Shown piece after piece: positions 34,666 through 36,353 of a stretch of DNA of 36,353 bases. Under the pieces are notes generated by a model. That model saw only the letters and a program-made list of their open reading frames with translations. It was not told the origin of the DNA and did not search any database. Within the stretch, counting starts at the first letter, position 1. Every line of letters starts with the position of its first letter. The stretch comes from Nitrososphaera sp. (GTDB taxonomy: Archaea > Thermoproteota > Nitrososphaeria > Nitrososphaerales > Nitrososphaeraceae), in the NCBI GenBank assembly GCA_035760305.1, contig DASTTF010000078.1, forward strand, positions 1 through 36,353, given 5' to 3'. A program made the translations under genes and the position numbers.

Positions 34666-36353
34666 TCAAAGGTACCCAAACGTAGGGTCGCCCTTTCTTT
34701 TCATAGCAACGAGCATGTTCAGGATCTCCTTTTCCTTTTCGTTCAGCCGGTGGTTGAACTTTTCCAATAATTGCTTGGCCTGTCTGCTGTTGAGGTCCGT
34801 GTAAAACACGTCGCCCTCGTTTATCTGCCGGCCGATCGTCGGCTCTTTTATCGACACCGCTATCTGCATGCCTACTGCAGCTTCTTCGATCGACTTGCCG
34901 CTGTCTTGTATCTGGTGCACGGTCCCGACCTTCTTGCCTTCCTCGTTGACCACCAGCACCTTCTGCTTCAGCCTGCCCACCTTGACCTCGGCTCCAAAGA
35001 CGGCGGGGTCGTTTCGCCTAAAGATGAAACCCTTCAGGAACTGGAACTTGCATACCGGCGGCAGCTCGTTGAACAGTATGGACTCTTCGTGCTCGCGCTG
35101 GTACGTCACCCAGTCGGTATAGCTGCGGACAAGGTTGTAGATTATCTGCTCGTTAAAGATCTTTACTTCGCGGTCCTGCGACTCTTTCTGCGCGTCGTCG
35201 AGCACCCTGACGCTAAAGCCCAGGACGACTCCGAGATACCTGTCGTTCTCCTTCACCGCGGCCGCCTCGACTACGTCCCTCCTCGTGATGTGGCCGATGT
35301 CTGCCATCCTGATGGGCACTTTGGCCTTTTTCAAAAGATCAGTAATTGCCTCAAGCGAGCCTATGGTGTCGCATTTCAGAACGACGCCGGTCGTCTCGGT
35401 ATTGCTCACTATTGCGTTCTTTACCTCGGATTCTACGAGCGACTTCAGGTGCTCCAGTTCTCCCTCGCCCTTTGTCTGGTCGTAGACATAGAGCGGGCTT
35501 CCCGCCAGCACGCCTTCAAGCTCGGGCGACGTTATTTTCAGGCCTGCGGCGGCGATGACTTCTGTGACGGGCCTGAACTTGTCCCGGGGGTCGCGCATTT
35601 CGTCGAGCGGCTTTGGCAGGAGCATCGCCTTTATCCTGGTGGCGACTGCGCCGTCGCGCTTGCCGACTACAATGCTGTCGCCCTGGTGGAGCGTGCCGTC
35701 AAGAAGTATGATGTTCGCCGACGGCCCGAGGCCTATCTCTTCACTGGATTCGAGCACGATGCCCCTAGCCGGCCCCTCGTGGCGCTCGAGCTTTTTCGCC
35801 AGGTACTGCTGGGCCAGCCCGATCAGCACTGCCAAAAGCTCCGGTATCCCGACCCCCGACCTTGCGCTGACGGGCACTATGGCTACTTCCCTTGTAAAGT
35901 CCTTGACGCGCCAGAAAGCTTCAGAAGGGAAGCCGAGCCTGGAGAGCGTGCCGACTACGGTGTAAACCTTTTCGTCGAGCAGGGTCTGGACGCTGGCCTC
36001 CTGTTTTTTCACTTCTTCGGTAACGAACCTGATAGAGCTGCGCCAGCCGGAGACCATGTCTACCTTGTTGAGCGCGATCACAAAGGGAACCTTGCGCTTT
36101 TTCAAAATGTCGATGCTTTCCATCGTCTGCGCTTCAAAGCCCTTGTTGACGTCCACGACAACTATGGCAATGTCCGCGGCCGATCCTCCGCGTGCGCGCA
36201 GGTTGGCAAAGACTTCGTGCCCCGGCGTGTCGATGACGAGCAGACCCGGTATGGGCGTTTCCGCCTTGGCAAGCTGTGCGTACAACGGACCGGTTATCTC
36301 CTTGACCGTTTCAACGGGGAAAAAGCTGGCGCCGATGTGCTGCGTGATGCCGC
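34666..36353 (-). CDS. infB: Translation initiation factor aIF5B (IF-2), 5'-truncated by the window edge
   Basis: The frame stays open to the window end (GITQHIGA); DTPGHE, NKVD, VSA, DTIGSLEA and FRRNDPAVFG. Confidence 0.96.
   Translation of the reverse strand, partial: GITQHIGASFFPVETVKEITGPLYAQLAKAETPIPGLLVIDTPGHEVFANLRARGGSAADIAIVVVDVNKGFEAQTMESIDILKKRKVPFVIALNKVDMVSGWRSSIRFVTEEVKKQEASVQTLLDEKVYTVVGTLSRLGFPSEAFWRVKDFTREVAIVPVSARSGVGIPELLAVLIGLAQQYLAKKLERHEGPARGIVLESSEEIGLGPSANIILLDGTLHQGDSIVVGKRDGAVATRIKAMLLPKPLDEMRDPRDKFRPVTEVIAAAGLKITSPELEGVLAGSPLYVYDQTKGEGELEHLKSLVESEVKNAIVSNTETTGVVLKCDTIGSLEAITDLLKKAKVPIRMADIGHITRRDVVEAAAVKENDRYLGVVLGFSVRVLDDAQKESQDREVKIFNEQIIYNLVRSYTDWVTYQREHEESILFNELPPVCKFQFLKGFIFRRNDPAVFGAEVKVGRLKQKVLVVNEEGKKVGTVHQIQDSGKSIEEAAVGMQIAVSIKEPTIGRQINEGDVFYTDLNSRQAKQLLEKFNHRLNEKEKEILNMLVAMKRKGDPTFGYL

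Overview
Archaeal chromosomal window, most consistent with an ammonia-oxidising Nitrososphaera-like thaumarchaeote. The evidence is a group II chaperonin, aIF5B, archaeal L11, a BHB-intron tRNA-Lys, TATA promoters and a split methylmalonyl-CoA mutase/epimerase/MeaB cluster used in the 3-hydroxypropionate/4-hydroxybutyrate cycle. Core genes include mce, mcmA1, meaB, mcmA2, ilvC, thermosome, rpl11, trxA and a partial infB. There is also a MacB/LolD-type ABC operon with a COG1361 surface protein and a 1551-aa surface subtilase. Between ilvC and tRNA-Lys (about 10.7-18.8 kb) lies a partly lower-GC accessory block. Its best candidate for a new system is a small regulon: a GTAAC-N3-GTTAC palindrome occurs three times (two copies inside a 47-bp duplicated promoter) around a winged-helix regulator, ahead of operons for membrane proteins, a His/Met-rich PepSY-like exported protein, an SRPBCC protein, an unannotated 42-aa four-Cys microprotein and an HxlR regulator. 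Other highlights are a rhomboid protease apparently fused to an Hsp20/alpha-crystallin-like domain next to the thermosome, a small membrane protein resembling eukaryotic OSTC/DC2, and a disrupted 5' region of the first gene. All family calls come from motif recognition by eye; no searches were run.
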